Shown one piece after another: positions 23,157 through 36,912 of a DNA stretch of 64,000 bases. Numbering within the stretch: position 1 is the first letter of the stretch; the number at the start of each line of letters is the position of its first letter. The stretch covers positions 124,001-188,000 of the forward strand of contig NW_027271013.1 in the NCBI RefSeq assembly GCF_040938485.1, read 5' to 3'. A program made the position numbers and the translations under genes. The notes below the pieces were generated by a model. It was not told the DNA's origin and made no database searches. It saw nothing but the letters and a program-made list of their open reading frames with translations. The stretch is from Diadema antillarum (taxonomy: Eukaryota).

Positions 23157-26100
23157 CTGACTGATGTTGATTGTATCTTTTCTATGCAACAAAGCCCTGG
23201 TCTATTACTCTGAAATACATGCAGATATCTTCAGTTCTGATACTGAAGAAACTAAAGAGGTTAAAACAAGGTATTTCGTGAAATCGGGGTTGAACTTAAA
23301 GTCTGCCCTGTTGGGGAGAGATGCCACATACGTGTGTCTCCATCTGCCGCTGAAAATATGAAATGAGTTTGAAATACTGGAGTACACATGTGCTACCTAC
23401 GCACACACATACACACATACACACAGAGCATGCAGATAGCGCATCCATGCTGGGTCCAAACCGGAAAACACTTGTCATTCAATGACCGAAAATCCTGTGG
23501 GAAAACAAAGTACTTGTGTTTTTTTGGCGGATGTGTGAGACGACGGCAAGCAGGAGTCTCTTCTCTGCCTGGCCACTTGTTCCTTTCGCGTACTGCGTGG
23601 CAAGAAATCTCCATGTTTGTGACATTTTTGATGCTCTTGTCACTCTTTTTTTTTCTTCTAGTTCTCACCGAGAGAGGAAACTAAGGTAGTAGAAAAGAGG
23701 TCTGCATACAGAGAAACAATCAAATTTGGGGTAGAAATGCTGGAGCGTGATGTTTTCTGTTGGAAAAAAAAAATAAAAAAAAATGTGCTGACGTAATCTG
23801 ACCTTTTCTGGCTCATTAGAATCCATATGGTGGCAAATATAATACAAGAGAAAGAAAACCATTTTCATCTGATGGCCCCGAATGCATGGTGTATGAATTT
23901 GAAGCAAACATGCTGAGAATAATTTGACTTTATTCATTAGTGGATGTCAACCAAAGTTGATGTATTTGTTCCAAGGCATTGAAGAGGAAGAGATTTCGTT
24001 GTTGTTGTTGTTTTGTTGTCACCATTATTTCCTGGTTAGGAGCTAGCTGTTGAAAAAAGAAAGACACTGTGATATTGCTGTACATTCACTGAATATCATT
24101 CCGTCTGGCTTCGAACTTTCCTTTATTTCATTCGGAATATGTTGCAACCTCATTACAAAACTGTGTCACTCCTTTTGTGTGAGCTTGTGTTGAACAGAAG
24201 TGCAAAAAAAAAATGTAATTATCAATAAGGTCAAATGAAGGGAAAGAACATTAATTTTATTCTTCCTGTGTACTAAATGTCAAACATTCCATGTACCAGG
24301 ATGCAGTGTTTTTAATTGTAGTGATATTGATGCTACCTTTGAGCTGTCTATTTTTGTGGTTTTGGTTTTGCATTCTTTGTAGAGGAATAGAGCGTTGGTC
24401 TTGTCGATTTTTAGTGGAAGAGAAAAAGGTGATTCATGGTTTACTGGAAGTCAGCAGACTGCAAACAAGTTTTATTCTGTCTGAAACTTCAGGCTCACAG
24501 TTGGAATAATTTCGAGTAATTGTGGAGTTGATACCAAGCCGGGAGCAAAGAAGGAATGCCTTAGTCTGGATAATTGCGTTAGATGGGAGCTGCAGGGAAA
24601 TCAGGAATGTATTTTGTCGCGATTGCTTCAATCAATCTCGGATATGAAGCTGTTCTTCTTGGTTCCTCTCTTAAATCACCTTCAGAAAGTGTGTTTGAAT
24701 TGTGAAGCTTCAGGGCTTAGTAACACAAACATTTATGCGGTACAATTTGCAAACGAGCTTTTTTCTGCCATTGTCAGGTGCGGAAGTTTGTCGCATCCAC
24801 ATTATTGGGAGTTGCAGACTACTTTGAATGGCAATGAAAATCAAGTTCTTGTCAATGAAATGGACACAAAGGTTAGAAAAGATAGTTGTAGTACATACTC
24901 CCTCATCCTCAAGAAATCACAATTTGTAAATGTTCCTTCTGCAAAGAGATAGTGAGAACTTAAAAGTAAAATGCTTGGTTCTTGCGTGTTTGTAGAATTG
25001 GTGGTGTATTTTTCTCCCAGACTATAGAAGTCATCCATTCTATGCGAAAAAATAGTAGAACCTCACAATTCCTCCCAGCGGTCATCTTAAGTTGGATGAC
25101 CACATGTGATCCTCATTCCCTTTCACGAGGATTACGAGCTTTGGAAAGAATCATCCCATTAGTATGCCTCAAGCAATGCTTTACATTGTTCTTTACATAG
25201 GAATTGATGCCATAGCCAAAGGGGTACACTTAAAACAAAGAGATCAGCCAGGGAGGAATGGCAGTATTTGTAACTACAATACCACTGGGGCAGGCAGACA
25301 TATAAAGCACCCATGAGGTACCAGTATTGGACTAATGACCAAATTATGATTGTATAACTCACATATTTCATATGATCGATGGCCTTGGATTAAAAGCATT
25401 GATTCCCATGCATGTGACCTTCTACCGGCTAAGCTCCGCCCTCGTCGCCATTGCATGCAAATCGGTAATGACTCTTGAAAGCCTTGTTGACCTTTTAAAC
25501 AGATAAAACTGAGTGATCCCTGAACATCACTATATCTTCACCTTTGGCGTGATCTTATGTACCCGGTACCACCACCTATATTTTTAGGTATTTTATAGAT
25601 AGATAGTGAAGATAACTGTGTTATTCTAAATGGTGGGTTTATACTATCATCGTGAGGAATAACCCTACTTTTAATACGTTAGTAGTAATCATGCAATCTT
25701 CTGCTCTCTGAAGAGAGTTTCAAAATACAGGTTTTATTTCTCTGATGATTCAAAGCCTCTTGGCATCTGATATTCTCCAGTCACTCAATCATTAGTGCCT
25801 AAAATCGAGTTCTGTATTTCATTCTGCAGACATTGCCCTAAAGTTGTGGTTCATGATTAATCAGTTTGCGGTTGTTATTTCTATGAAAAGTAACATGCTA
25901 GGTATGTGGATGTGTATGTTTGTTTATGCAATTTGATTTATTCATCAAACTGTGGACCCAATAGGCCTTGTGAGGATAATATCTGAGAAAACTAACATTT
26001 TCAAACAAGTTACATGTATTCATTGTTCTAAAAAAAAAAACACCCTGTGATGTTATTGCCATAAATTCGAAGGCTTCGGTTCATATGAATAACAGATCTG

Positions 26101-26947
26101 ACAAACTATGAGGCAAAATTTTGTCAAGTCGTTTGTTTATTCTTAAATCCTACTGCTATGAAAATATCTCGGATGGATGAGTTGGACATATGATACTGGT
26201 GTTTTGGACTTGACTTTTGGCATTTTGGAGGTTTGGCGTGCGGTGCTGTCCGCTCACCGTTCGCCCATCTGCCGCATTGGTGACTTTATTGCAAGGCACA
26301 TCATCAGATATCCATTACCTGATGATGCGTATAATCTTGGGGGTGTTGTGGTCTTTTTTCTTTTTTTTTCTTATCCGAGCGAGGGAGGTATCGCGGGAAG
26401 TAGATTAAAAAGATGCTGGTCACTGTTGCTCTGTGCAATTATCAAATTAGAACAGAGAGTATCCAGCCACCGTCCCATTCGATCAAGATCTCCAGCTGAA
26501 ATCTGAGACTCTTTTCCAAGAAAAGTGTGGTTAGTCCCTTAATTTGAGTTTGCCATGATATACAAAGATATGAGTGATTAGGAGGAACATGTTTGTGGAA
26601 GTTTCACAGAGGTACCAGTACCATACAGCAAGAGCTAGACAATGTTGTTGTTTTTTCCTGACATAGCCCCCAAAAAAGAAAAGAAAAAAAAATCATATGC
26701 AAATTGTAGTAACACTTTGCAGAAATCTTGAAACGACAGTCACAGGATAGTTAGAATACATCACAAGTAGCAACACCACCACTACAACCACCATCAACAG
26801 CAGCATTGGGATGAGCAACATCTGCAATGTTACATGTAGCTACAACAGATTGATGGCGGTACTTGCACTAGTGATGGTTATTGGTAGCGGAGAGAGCAAC
26901 AGTTGTAGAGTTTGCAACAATCTTGCCACTATAAGAAGTGCCATCGA

Positions 26948-27090
26948 GGGTCTTGCTGCTGCTGTATAATGTTCTATCATGATTATCACTCGTATGTCCC
27001 TGATTAGTTCTTACATCTATAGGTCTTACTGCTGTAAGATGCTCTATCATGATAATAACTTTATGTCGCTGATCAGTTCTTACACTTAGG
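26948..27090. repeat. Diverged tandem dimer of about 70-73 bp
   Basis: GGTCTT...CTGCTGTA...ATG.TCTATCATGAT.AT.ACT...TATGTC.CTGAT.AGTTCTTACA occurs twice (from 26948 and 27021). Confidence 0.7.
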
Positions 27091-27277
27091 AAGAGATGTC
27101 GGCTGGATTTTATGGGAATTTCCCTGTCCCTCTAGTCATGCGAGCCTAGCCTCCTTGAGCTGTCAAGTATGAGCATGAAGGGCATTAGCATAGTAAAGGG
27201 AATGTGAAGTATACGGCCTTCTTGTTCTAAACTGAGAGTGTGTGCTCTTTGGTTCTAGACCACAATATTACCCCCTA

Positions 27278-27439
27278 GACAATTATCCCAGACCTCCCCC
27301 TGACTCTAACCCTAATTCTAATCCTGAACCTTATCCTAACCCTAACCCAAACTCCAACCCTTAACCTAACCCTAACCATAATCTTTAACCTATTCCTATT
27401 ACCAACAGGTATTGGTGGGGGGGGGGGGGGGTAATTGTC
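27278..27439. repeat. Small element with a degenerate (CCCTAA)n telomere-like core between short inverted repeats
   Basis: GACAATTATCCC (27278) and GGGTAATTGTC (27429-27439) are inverted. Between them lie hexamer-phased CTAACCCTAA variants (about 27306-27392) and a G run. Confidence 0.65.
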
Positions 27440-30307
27440 CTGATACAGAAGAGCAGTAGTGATGGGAATTAAACGGATCATATCTAAAAAAGAAAAGTTT
27501 TGTTGCTTTCAAGAGACATGGAACTGCAGTAGAATACACCGTAGAAGATTGACATTAAACAGGGGAGAAGAAAAGAAGTGTAATGCGCACCCTAATGCAG
27601 TGCCAGAATCTGCTTGATATAAGATAATATTCTGGCAGTCAAGAGTATGAAGAGAAACACTTTTCAAGCAGGAGGCGTAGTTTGTAGTATACTATGACAT
27701 TTCTGGTCTTTAATGGCTCCAAGAAAGTCATTAGGAATTAAGTTTCACGAAAGAGAGCCCTGTACTGGCCTCTCAATTTGCCTTTACATGTATAAGTTGT
27801 TGACAAAGAAGTTTTAGATTTAGAGAGAGAAATAGATGAGACTTGACTGCTGTATTTATCGCGAAGATTACAACCCAAATCCCCCAAGATTCTAGGAATC
27901 TGTGGAATACAGAAATAAGTAATGAAATTGGACATGAAGTTATATAGAATGTGACACAATTAGGCCGTAGGTAAAATTTCTGTTGTTTTGTTCTCCATTT
28001 ATCTTTAGAAGCAAACTCGCTGATCTTTCTTCGTACTTCCTTCTTTACAAGGCCTCAATGCAAATGTTGTGCCGTATATGCTGGATTGGAAACACTGTAC
28101 TAATCCCTAGCAACCTGTTGATTCGAAACAAACTATGTACAATGATTGTATCTGTTGGGTTTAATAATTTGTGCTCTCATCTATATATTTGTAGTTTTCA
28201 TTTACAGCATTTGTGTGAGGTGCGATAAAGTCTAGTCAATCGAGAGTTTTCAGGCAAAGTTATTGGACAGCAAAGAAAATGATGTTACTGGTAAAGCTTG
28301 TGATACATGATATCAACCATGAACTCATGTAAAGTGAGGTTATGCTGCACGTCAGCAACAAGTCTCCTACACAATTATGGCTCGTTCGAGAGCTAGCATT
28401 TCATTGATTTTGTGTCAGGTTGATGCTGGGGTTTGTTTGTTGTTGTTTTTTTGTCCCCATGGAATAGGTCAAACCCCTGCAAAAGGCACAGAAGGGTTTC
28501 CGTGTTGGTTCAGAGAATTTGCTGTTTTAATTTGGAGACTTCATTCAGGGAACAAGCCGAAGTTCCCCTTGCAATGCTTGCTTCACGATTTCTCAGCTTG
28601 GAAGTACAGTATATTCCATAGGAGAGTAGTCTGTGCATCGTACATATTCAAGCCGTGAAATTTTGTTTTGTGTCTTTTGCCGAGATCTCTTTGAGCTTAA
28701 TGTCACAAGAGAAGTTGTCTGTAATTAGATAAAATCATAGTGAATGGTGTCAATAAGATGGCTATTCTTATAGAAATGATGTACCATGATATGGTTGCAT
28801 TGATCCACATAGAACATGCTGTTTTTGTTCTCTTTTTTTTTCTGACATCATTAAAGGTGGAGTCACTGGGTCTGGTTGCCATGGGATTTGATTCATTTTT
28901 AGTGATTGACCTGAATAAAAATAATGTGTGATGTCAAGACTGTAACTGCCACCAATTTGCAGGCCCGTTTTCATCGTCTCTCCAAAATGAATATTGAACA
29001 GAGTTATTGTATAATGGTGCGCATCCCACAAAATATTTCACAAATGTGTCACAAGTTTATGCTACGTGAAGAAAACATGAATTACACTGAATTGCGTGCA
29101 AGGGAAAATATGGAGCAATGATTTCAAGTCTGCAGTGTTGTTGATGAAATACGGTACAGTTTTGATGGTAACACAGAAGAAAAACTTTGTCTTCTTGAAA
29201 GTGAGGAGATTTTTGTTTGTATGTGGCAGGCTGAAAGAGCATCTTTTTTTTTCTAAACATTACTGAAGCAGGATTGTTTGTCATAAAGAGTTGTATTTGA
29301 CCGTAAGATTGGCATGAATCATAATGAAGTGTCCCACTCTTCATGAAACAGAAGAAACTGCATTCATTTCTTGCATAGGGCCAAAGGACAGATTTACATT
29401 CATTGAAACACTTAGCCAAAAAAAACAACAGTTTTCACAGAAAGTTTAGTACCCCATGGGTCTTCATTGTGTCAATGGAAGGGGGGTGCAACTGAAATGA
29501 ATGGCCAGCATCCATAGTCCTCTCTCTCTCTCTATGAATGTACCCATTCACCTTCACTCTTTGTCGCCGTCTTGTGTTTTTTTTTATTTTCTTTTTCATC
29601 GTGGAGTTACCAGTCATTTCTGCTCTTCATTCTTGTATTGGTGTTAGTGTAATCATTTCCCCCACCCTCTGGATGGAACGTATTAGGTTCGATGAAATCA
29701 ATAACAGATGCACCCACAGGCGATGGAAATACCCCCCTCCTGCCCCCACAAAAAGTCCAAACGACAACAAAACTTCCATTTCCTAAAATTATGGCATGTA
29801 AAAAAACACAGAAGACAGAAATCAAAGAGAAAAAATATACTCACTGGAGTTACAGAGAATTGTTGATACGTCCGTGCGTCGATGGGGCCGGGGAATATGT
29901 ATTGATTTAGGCGATGCTCTGTGAGCAAAGCTGATATAGATTTGTGGAAAATGAAACCCGCCAGGATTTTGACTGTCCTGACATCTCGCACGACGTTGAT
30001 CTCGTTCTTCCATTGTTTCATGGTGAGACAATCAAAATGTGAGGACAGGATGTGCCATTGAATATACATATATATATATATATATATATGTAGATTCATT
30101 TCCTCTTTCAGTTTTTACTTCATCTTTTGTTCCCCACCCCCCCCCCCCCCCCCCCCCGAAGAACAAATATCCGGGGTAAAATCTTGCCACCGTTATGATC
30201 TTGTATGTTAGATGAAAGGAGCCTACTTTGCGATGTGTGGTTACATTGACACATTAATGTAAGGAATGAGAGATTTAATTGGAAATGATGTCAATAAATG
30301 ATTCATA

Positions 30308-30388
30308 TTCAAATGCAAATTCTTATTCAAATTCAAATTTAGATTTAAATTCAAATTAAAATCAAAATCCAATTCAATTGAAATTTTA
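30308..30388. repeat. Degenerate (TTCAAA)n hexamer array
   Basis: ATTCAAATGCAAATTCTTATTCAAATTCAAATTTAGATTTAAATTCAAATTAAAATCAAAATCC... Confidence 0.75.
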
Positions 30389-31865
30389 CCCCCAATATTG
30401 CAAATTCTTTCAAATACAACAATTACAACAAGCCAATGTAATACAAAATATACATGTATAAGCATTCATTTGAATGTGGAAAAAATGAACCCTTTATCTG
30501 ATATCAGATTTAGTCCTAATGAATATGAGGCAATATCCTTGATTTTTCTTTGTTATATATGAATTCCCATAATATTGTGTTTGCTCTTTGAAAGGTACAG
30601 AATGCGATATTTCTAAAATGAGTATTTTATCCTAATTATAAATGAGTTGCAGTATGACAATAACATTAAAAGCTCTGTTTGAAAATACCCAACAGTAATG
30701 TTTTGCTCAGATGGGGGGGGGGGGGGGGGGGGCACAGGCACAGCACTAGAGAGTATAAAAGTGATGTCACAGTTTTCTGTCCGTGCTTTGGTTGGAACCA
30801 AGTGAGCACATTAACACTCAAGCCAGTGAGGCTGCTTGGAACAAGTTCCCACAGCAATGACTGGCTATGACATCACACTTTAGTACTCTATGGATCTACA
30901 ACAGTGTACTAACTGATGACTGAAAAAAATATGTGGTATTGCAGTTACCATAGCAACATTTTCAAAATCCAGGAAACTGATCAACTGTTTTCACCGGTTT
31001 CCAGTTTACCAAGCAATTATTTTTACCACACCTTGGGCCACTGACCAGGTCTTTAGTTTAAGGTTACGGAAGGACATGAATATTGGATGAGGTAGGTTTT
31101 GGTTGCCATGTCCATATGCCCTGCCCCCTGCAGGTTTGGTTGTGTTTGGGGAATTTTGTTGAAGGCAGTATGATGGGATGATTGAAAAAGTCTTGTTTTA
31201 TCAAGAAAAGGGTAGTGATGGTGGTGGTGGTGGGGGGGGGGTAGGTTATTGTCAAGGTCATTATGGAAATAGGAATAAAGGAAGAGCCATGCAGGCTGAG
31301 TGCATTAGGGAAAGTTGGATCTTCTTTCAATTCAATTATGTTTGGTTCACAAACAGATTTGCCTCTGCATTCAGGCGGTTCCGCGTGGTAATGTTTTTCG
31401 CTTATCGGATAACCGCACTACTCAGCTGTGCAGAAAGAGGATGAAACCCGACCCTGATGAGGCTTCGGGCCGCAATAATTTCGGCATTGGTAATTCATTG
31501 CACGGCATATGATATTACAAAGCAAACCAAACAAAACGACATTAGCTAGTGGTAAGAGGAATGAGGGAATGGCACTCCTGAAGTTTGGTTACGTATCAAA
31601 TGCCCATGGTTAGTGACCCCCTGATGCATGAATAATGTCGCGTCGAGGTTCCAGCTTGGAACAGCTGCTGATTGAAGCATTGTTGCTTCTATTACTCTTC
31701 ATTGTCTACAAGATTGTACACGGATTAAATTATTTCAGCCTGAAGAAAAGAGGCAGAACAACTTTAAGGGCGGTGGTATCAAAGGAAACGCAAGCAAACT
31801 GCCACTTCACCTATGACAACATTTATACTTAAACCTCTACTTCTACATTTACACTGTACAACCTA

Positions 31866-31955
31866 TGCTGCTGCTACTGCTTATACAACTAGCAGTACTA
31901 TTAAAACTACCACTACTTCTACTACTGCTATAACTACTACTATTGCCACTACTAT

Positions 31956-32007
<52 letters not shown>

Positions 32008-32212
32008 AACTAGTGCTACAATATCTGCTACTACTGCTATTCTTACTACTATTACTGCTATTACTACTTTTATTGCTAGTACTGCTACTGCTTCTACTAC
32101 TACTACTACTACTTCTACTTTACCACCACCACTACTACTACTACTGCTACTACTACCGCTGCTACCAGTACTATTACTACTACGAGTATTGCTGCTGCTG
32201 CTACTACTTCTG

Positions 32213-32264
<52 letters not shown>

Positions 32265-32836
32265 AAGAAGTACTACTGCAGCTACTTTTACTTCTACTGT
32301 GTTACCTAAGTATAGTTCTGCAGAATCTTTACAGGAAAGAAAACAGCCAATATCTCTCTAAAAACGCTCTAAAATCACATTGTTATGCTACTACCTGTAC
32401 ACTAGTCAATTCTACCACCAATCTCTAATACTACTGCTACCGTACTTTGCTTCTACTACTATTGCATTTACTGTTATTGTATGATTGCCACGACTGCAAT
32501 TACCAGTGTTACTTTTACTACACACTACTGATATTACCAAAATTTATATATTTCTTTATTTGCTTAAATACTTGTTACTTCTCAAATTTGACTACTATGA
32601 TACTATTATTGTTTTTACATCTATTATTAACTTTTACCGATTTCCCTGTCACTACAATGAAGTTTTACTATATTTGCCATTTCAATTACCATGATACAAG
32701 TAGCTACAACTGCTACTACAGCAACTACATACTACTACTGCCACTACCACTGCTATCACATAGATTACTATTGCAGTTTTATACTACTATAATACTACTT
32801 GTCTTGCAACTACCATGGCAAGTTCTGTAACTGCTA
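31866..32836. repeat. Long degenerate (ACT/TAC)n trinucleotide array
   Basis: Pure cores at about 31957-32007 and 32210-32263, degenerate ACT/GCT/ACC/ATT units elsewhere, and a unique-sequence interruption at about 32300-32390. Confidence 0.95.
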
Positions 32837-35591
32837 GTTTTGAGACGCCAGTGCTATTTCTTATTCCGAAATGAGGTGTAATGTTAAGTTTAAACATCCA
32901 GTAATTTTGGCACCCAGCATTTACAAACCAATTTGGACAAAAAGTATAAAGCCATAAAAAAAAAAGGCAAAGGGCATTGCTTATTCTAATAGTTTCTGGT
33001 TGTGACTGTTAAACAGCTTTATTGTTGTATTATGATTTTGTGCTGCTGTGCTGAATAGTAAACATGATTTAAAAAAAGAATACAACCCAGAGGCATTCCC
33101 TGATAAAGCAAGATTAACATGTCCAGCTCCACACTGGGTAAAACTAATGTGTATAACAGATGTTTTTATTTGCACTATATCAGTCTTTGTGTTCTTGTTG
33201 TTCAGCTTTGTAATGTGATACAATGAAAACTTGAGTAGATGGTTTGTTTTGTAGCTGTCATGTTTTCTGCATTTTTATACTGATTGTGTACATAGTATGA
33301 CAGTTTTTTTTTTTAAGAATGCAGAATGTAATAAAGAATGTAATTTTGATAGTTTTACAAATCCACTTGCCTGTGACAACTAAAACATGCTGTTGGGCTA
33401 GCAAAGTGAATGAGTATTTGCTTGTAAAAAGTATGGAGCCCTGTTCCACCTACACCATATGTATGTAAGGTGACAAAGATCTTTTCTTTATTTCAATGAT
33501 GTGTTAACTCTGTAGAGTTATTGAGCTATTTGTTTTCTTGTTTTTAGATGTACACAGCCCAATTTTCAAACTACTTTCACCAATGAGCGTTTTTTTTTTT
33601 CTCCAGGCTAGATACCAAAAGAAAGTGATCGAAAACAATCTTCACACTGTGACTTAAAGGTTACGGGAGGTTATGCTATTTGGGAGTTCTGGAGCACATG
33701 CATGAAAAGGAAGGGTCACAAGAAACTAGAGCTCAGCTGTACATCACAAACACAAAGTTGATATTCTATGGCTGGCTGGAATGGCCTTCTCTGCAAAGCA
33801 GTGGGCCTGGATCTTAAACCTTTTTTGACAGAGAGGTTTTTGTTGTTGTTGTTTTTGCTTTTGTTTGTGTTTTTTTTTAGTTTAGTAATTTTAACCATAA
33901 CAATACACATTTTTTTTTCAAGTGACAAACTCTTGTATGTCCCCTTTAAACAGTCCTTGTTTATAACATTTTATACTTTTTTGTTTGTAGATCAGGTTTG
34001 TTGTGTTTAGAGTTGTTTGAAGGTCTTTAAATCAGGTTATTTTTTTGTGTGTGTGTGTGTGCGTGTGGCACTGAGTTCACGTTTGTGCAATGCTAATCTT
34101 TAAATTGATGTAAGCAAATTTTTACGTCAACATTGAAGGAATGGATGCAGTTGTGTCCTGTGTAAATATTATCATGCTCAACCACCTAGCGTATCAAATC
34201 ATTGCATTTGTCTAGTGTATTTAAGAATGACAAGAATGTGCCTATCGTATGAATGGGAAGGAGAAATGGGAACAAATTAATGTTGTCTGCTGACAGCCAG
34301 AATAGTGTGAATACTTGACAAAAACTTTGGAGTTAACGCTCTTTGGTTCTCAACTGACTTGTGTGTGGGTTTTACATAATGATTTTGGTTGATAGATATA
34401 TACATATTTGTATTGATATCAGTAGCTCAGAAGCAGAAGGGTGTTATTTGTATTAAAATCACCAGCTCAGGAGCAAAATGGTGTTACTGCCGTTCAACAG
34501 ATATAAAGTAGATGGCCTCAAAATTGTTCGAATAATATACTGCTGTGCACTTTTCATGACCATGATAAACAGAAGCGATATCAAAATATTGGAAATACAG
34601 TTTTCACATATTTGATACATGAAAATGAAGCAGACAAAAAAAATGTTGAAAACTGTGGCTTCAAATTTTCATGCAGACATTCTTCCAAAAAATGAGAAGC
34701 TGTCCTTTCTCTATATAAAGTGAAATTCAATGAAAAAAACCCAAATATCATATATGGATTGATTTCGTACATGAAATAATAACAAAAAAAGAAGATATTC
34801 CTGAAGGGTAGGATGTCAAATCTTTGAATTATTAATCATGGCATTGTGATTTAGGGAAATAGAAAGTGAAGAGGTTTACAGTTTGTTATACTGCCTAGTA
34901 GAGTTAAGCGTATCCTCATGAATTTTCATGGTTGTTATTTGATTCAGGTCTGAATAAGGCATGACATCCCTTCCATGTTAGGACATAACCCATGGTCCCC
35001 CATGTGCAAAAAAAAAAATAAAATAAAATAAACTAAAAAACTTTCAATTATGGACTGTCTATTGCCATAGAGATGGATAGGAAAACTCCAAAATGAGAAG
35101 TTGCAAGAAGAATCTATGACATTCCAAGATTGTGAACTTTGCTGGTGTTGTGTTGAAAATTGTACGAAGTATGAATATGAATTCCACCATATTCTCTGCC
35201 TGTGGCTTCTGTAGGCAATGCCGACAAACTTGCTATTGTGAGGACATCATGGTTACATTGTCGATGTATAAAGTGTCTATACCTAATATATCATCTGTAT
35301 ATTTGTGGTGTACTTTGTGAAGTATGTGATGAATATTCATAAGACATTGATTTTGTTTCTTTCTTTCTCTTTTCCTAATTCCATAGAGTGCTGACTCGAA
35401 TGTATATATGATATATATATATAATCCTACAGCATATATTGCTCGGAATAAATTCTGTCTCTTATAACTTTTGCGTGGGTATGTGTGATATGTTCATATC
35501 TAGCCAAGATTAGACAACAGTGATACATATCAGAACCTAGCGGTAAGTGTTTTGAGCTTGTGGTGAAAGTGATATTGGCAGAAGAATATTT

Positions 35592-35953
35592 ATGGAAGAA
35601 TGGCTGGATGGAAGAATAGACAGATGAAGAGATAGATCAATGAAATGACAGGTGAATGAATGAATGAATGAATGAATGGATGGATGGATGAATGAAGGAT
35701 GAATAGGCGTGTGAATGGATGGATAAATAGACAGGGGAATAGATGGAATGATGGATCAATGAATAGACAAATTAATAGATAGATGAATAGATAGATGAAT
35801 GGATGAATAAATAGATGAATGGATGGAAAGATGGATGGATGAATAGATAGATAAATGGATGGATGGATCAATGAATAGATTAATGAGATGGATGAATGGA
35901 ATTATTCCTTAATGCTAATTTGTTTTATATCATTAGTTGGTTAGATAGATAGA
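35592..35953. repeat. Compound (GGAT/GAAT/AGAT)n tetranucleotide array
   Basis: Mixed TGGA, TGAA and TAGA units over about 360 bp. Confidence 0.95.
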
Positions 35954-36912
35954 TTTTAAAGAGGTAATAAAGGTAGATTGGTGGTGGTGTGTGGAAAGAA
36001 ATGCTTGCTTATTGTAATGTGTCATTCAGTTGCAAAAAGGGAGACATTTTTTTTTGGCCTAAAATCGTGTGAGATTAGTGAGACATTGTAATCAGAGGGG
36101 CACCATTTTCTAGCACACTATTTTCTCACACTAGTTTTCCCTCTCACCATCTCCAAATCACAAGTATCCAGGAGTCTGGGGAAGTATTTGATTACAATTA
36201 ACGTTCACCATGTCCAGACGGAAGAATATTATTTTCTCTTTGGATAAGGAAGCATTTTCACCTATTTGAAATGTACAGTAGCACATTACTGTGCTTGCAG
36301 GTTGTATCTGTGATGTTATTTCATTTGGTCATGAATACTTTGGTAAGTCAACTGATATTGCAGAATTGATATCTTACAAAACCATTGCCTCATGCACCAA
36401 AAACGTGCTGTGTTTATTTCGTCTCCGAGGTGGGAATCACAAACTTTTCTCTTAAAAACAAACTTTAGATATTATTTTCGTTTCGTCACCGTGGTTTTCA
36501 ATCACGAGTGCAGTCTCTCGCGAAATTATCTGACAAGTCTCAGCTCATGAAATACTATACTAATAAATATATGGTGTGTGCAGCAGTATCCTCATGATTG
36601 CTCTTTCAAAGGTCTCCAATTTCGATGTATGAATATTATCCCCCTTGGGTCTCCTGTTTCTTTACTGTGAATTAATCTGTCAAATCCACAACAAAGTTTC
36701 TTTCTTCTCTCCTTCTCTGCCTATTAAAAGCAAATTTTATTTGTTTTTTTTTCCTTTCCCACAAATCTTTTAAGGCATTGCGATTATAGATGAGGTAGCT
36801 GGCTTAATGCTATCCTATCCTAAGGCAGGACTACGGTGCATAATAGCAGTGAGAATTTTGAGGTAGTGTTCCAGAGTGGGTTAATTCCCCATGACTCCAG
36901 CAAACTGCAGAG

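Noticed and set aside
25421-25441. Minus-strand GGGCGGAGCTTAGCCGGTAGA resembling a tRNA A-box / SINE head
   Set aside because: No B-box (GTTCRA), no cloverleaf and no tail.
26242-26252. REST/RE1 half-site GGTGCTGTCCG
   Set aside because: The second half-site is absent.
29057-30099. ORFs of 123 and 133 aa on the minus strand
   Set aside because: Low-complexity, Phe/Ile/Lys-biased translations starting at non-ATG or repeat-derived codons, with no recognisable domain.
31943-32830. ORFs of 161, 98 and 127 aa (poly-Thr/Leu/Tyr, mucin-like)
   Set aside because: By-products of the (ACT)n array. The reading switches between Thr and Leu runs, with no signal peptide or splice support.
33654-33680. 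TTAAAGGTTACGGGAGG, a possible Kolobok-type left end (similar motif near 31057)
   Set aside because: No matching inverted right end found.
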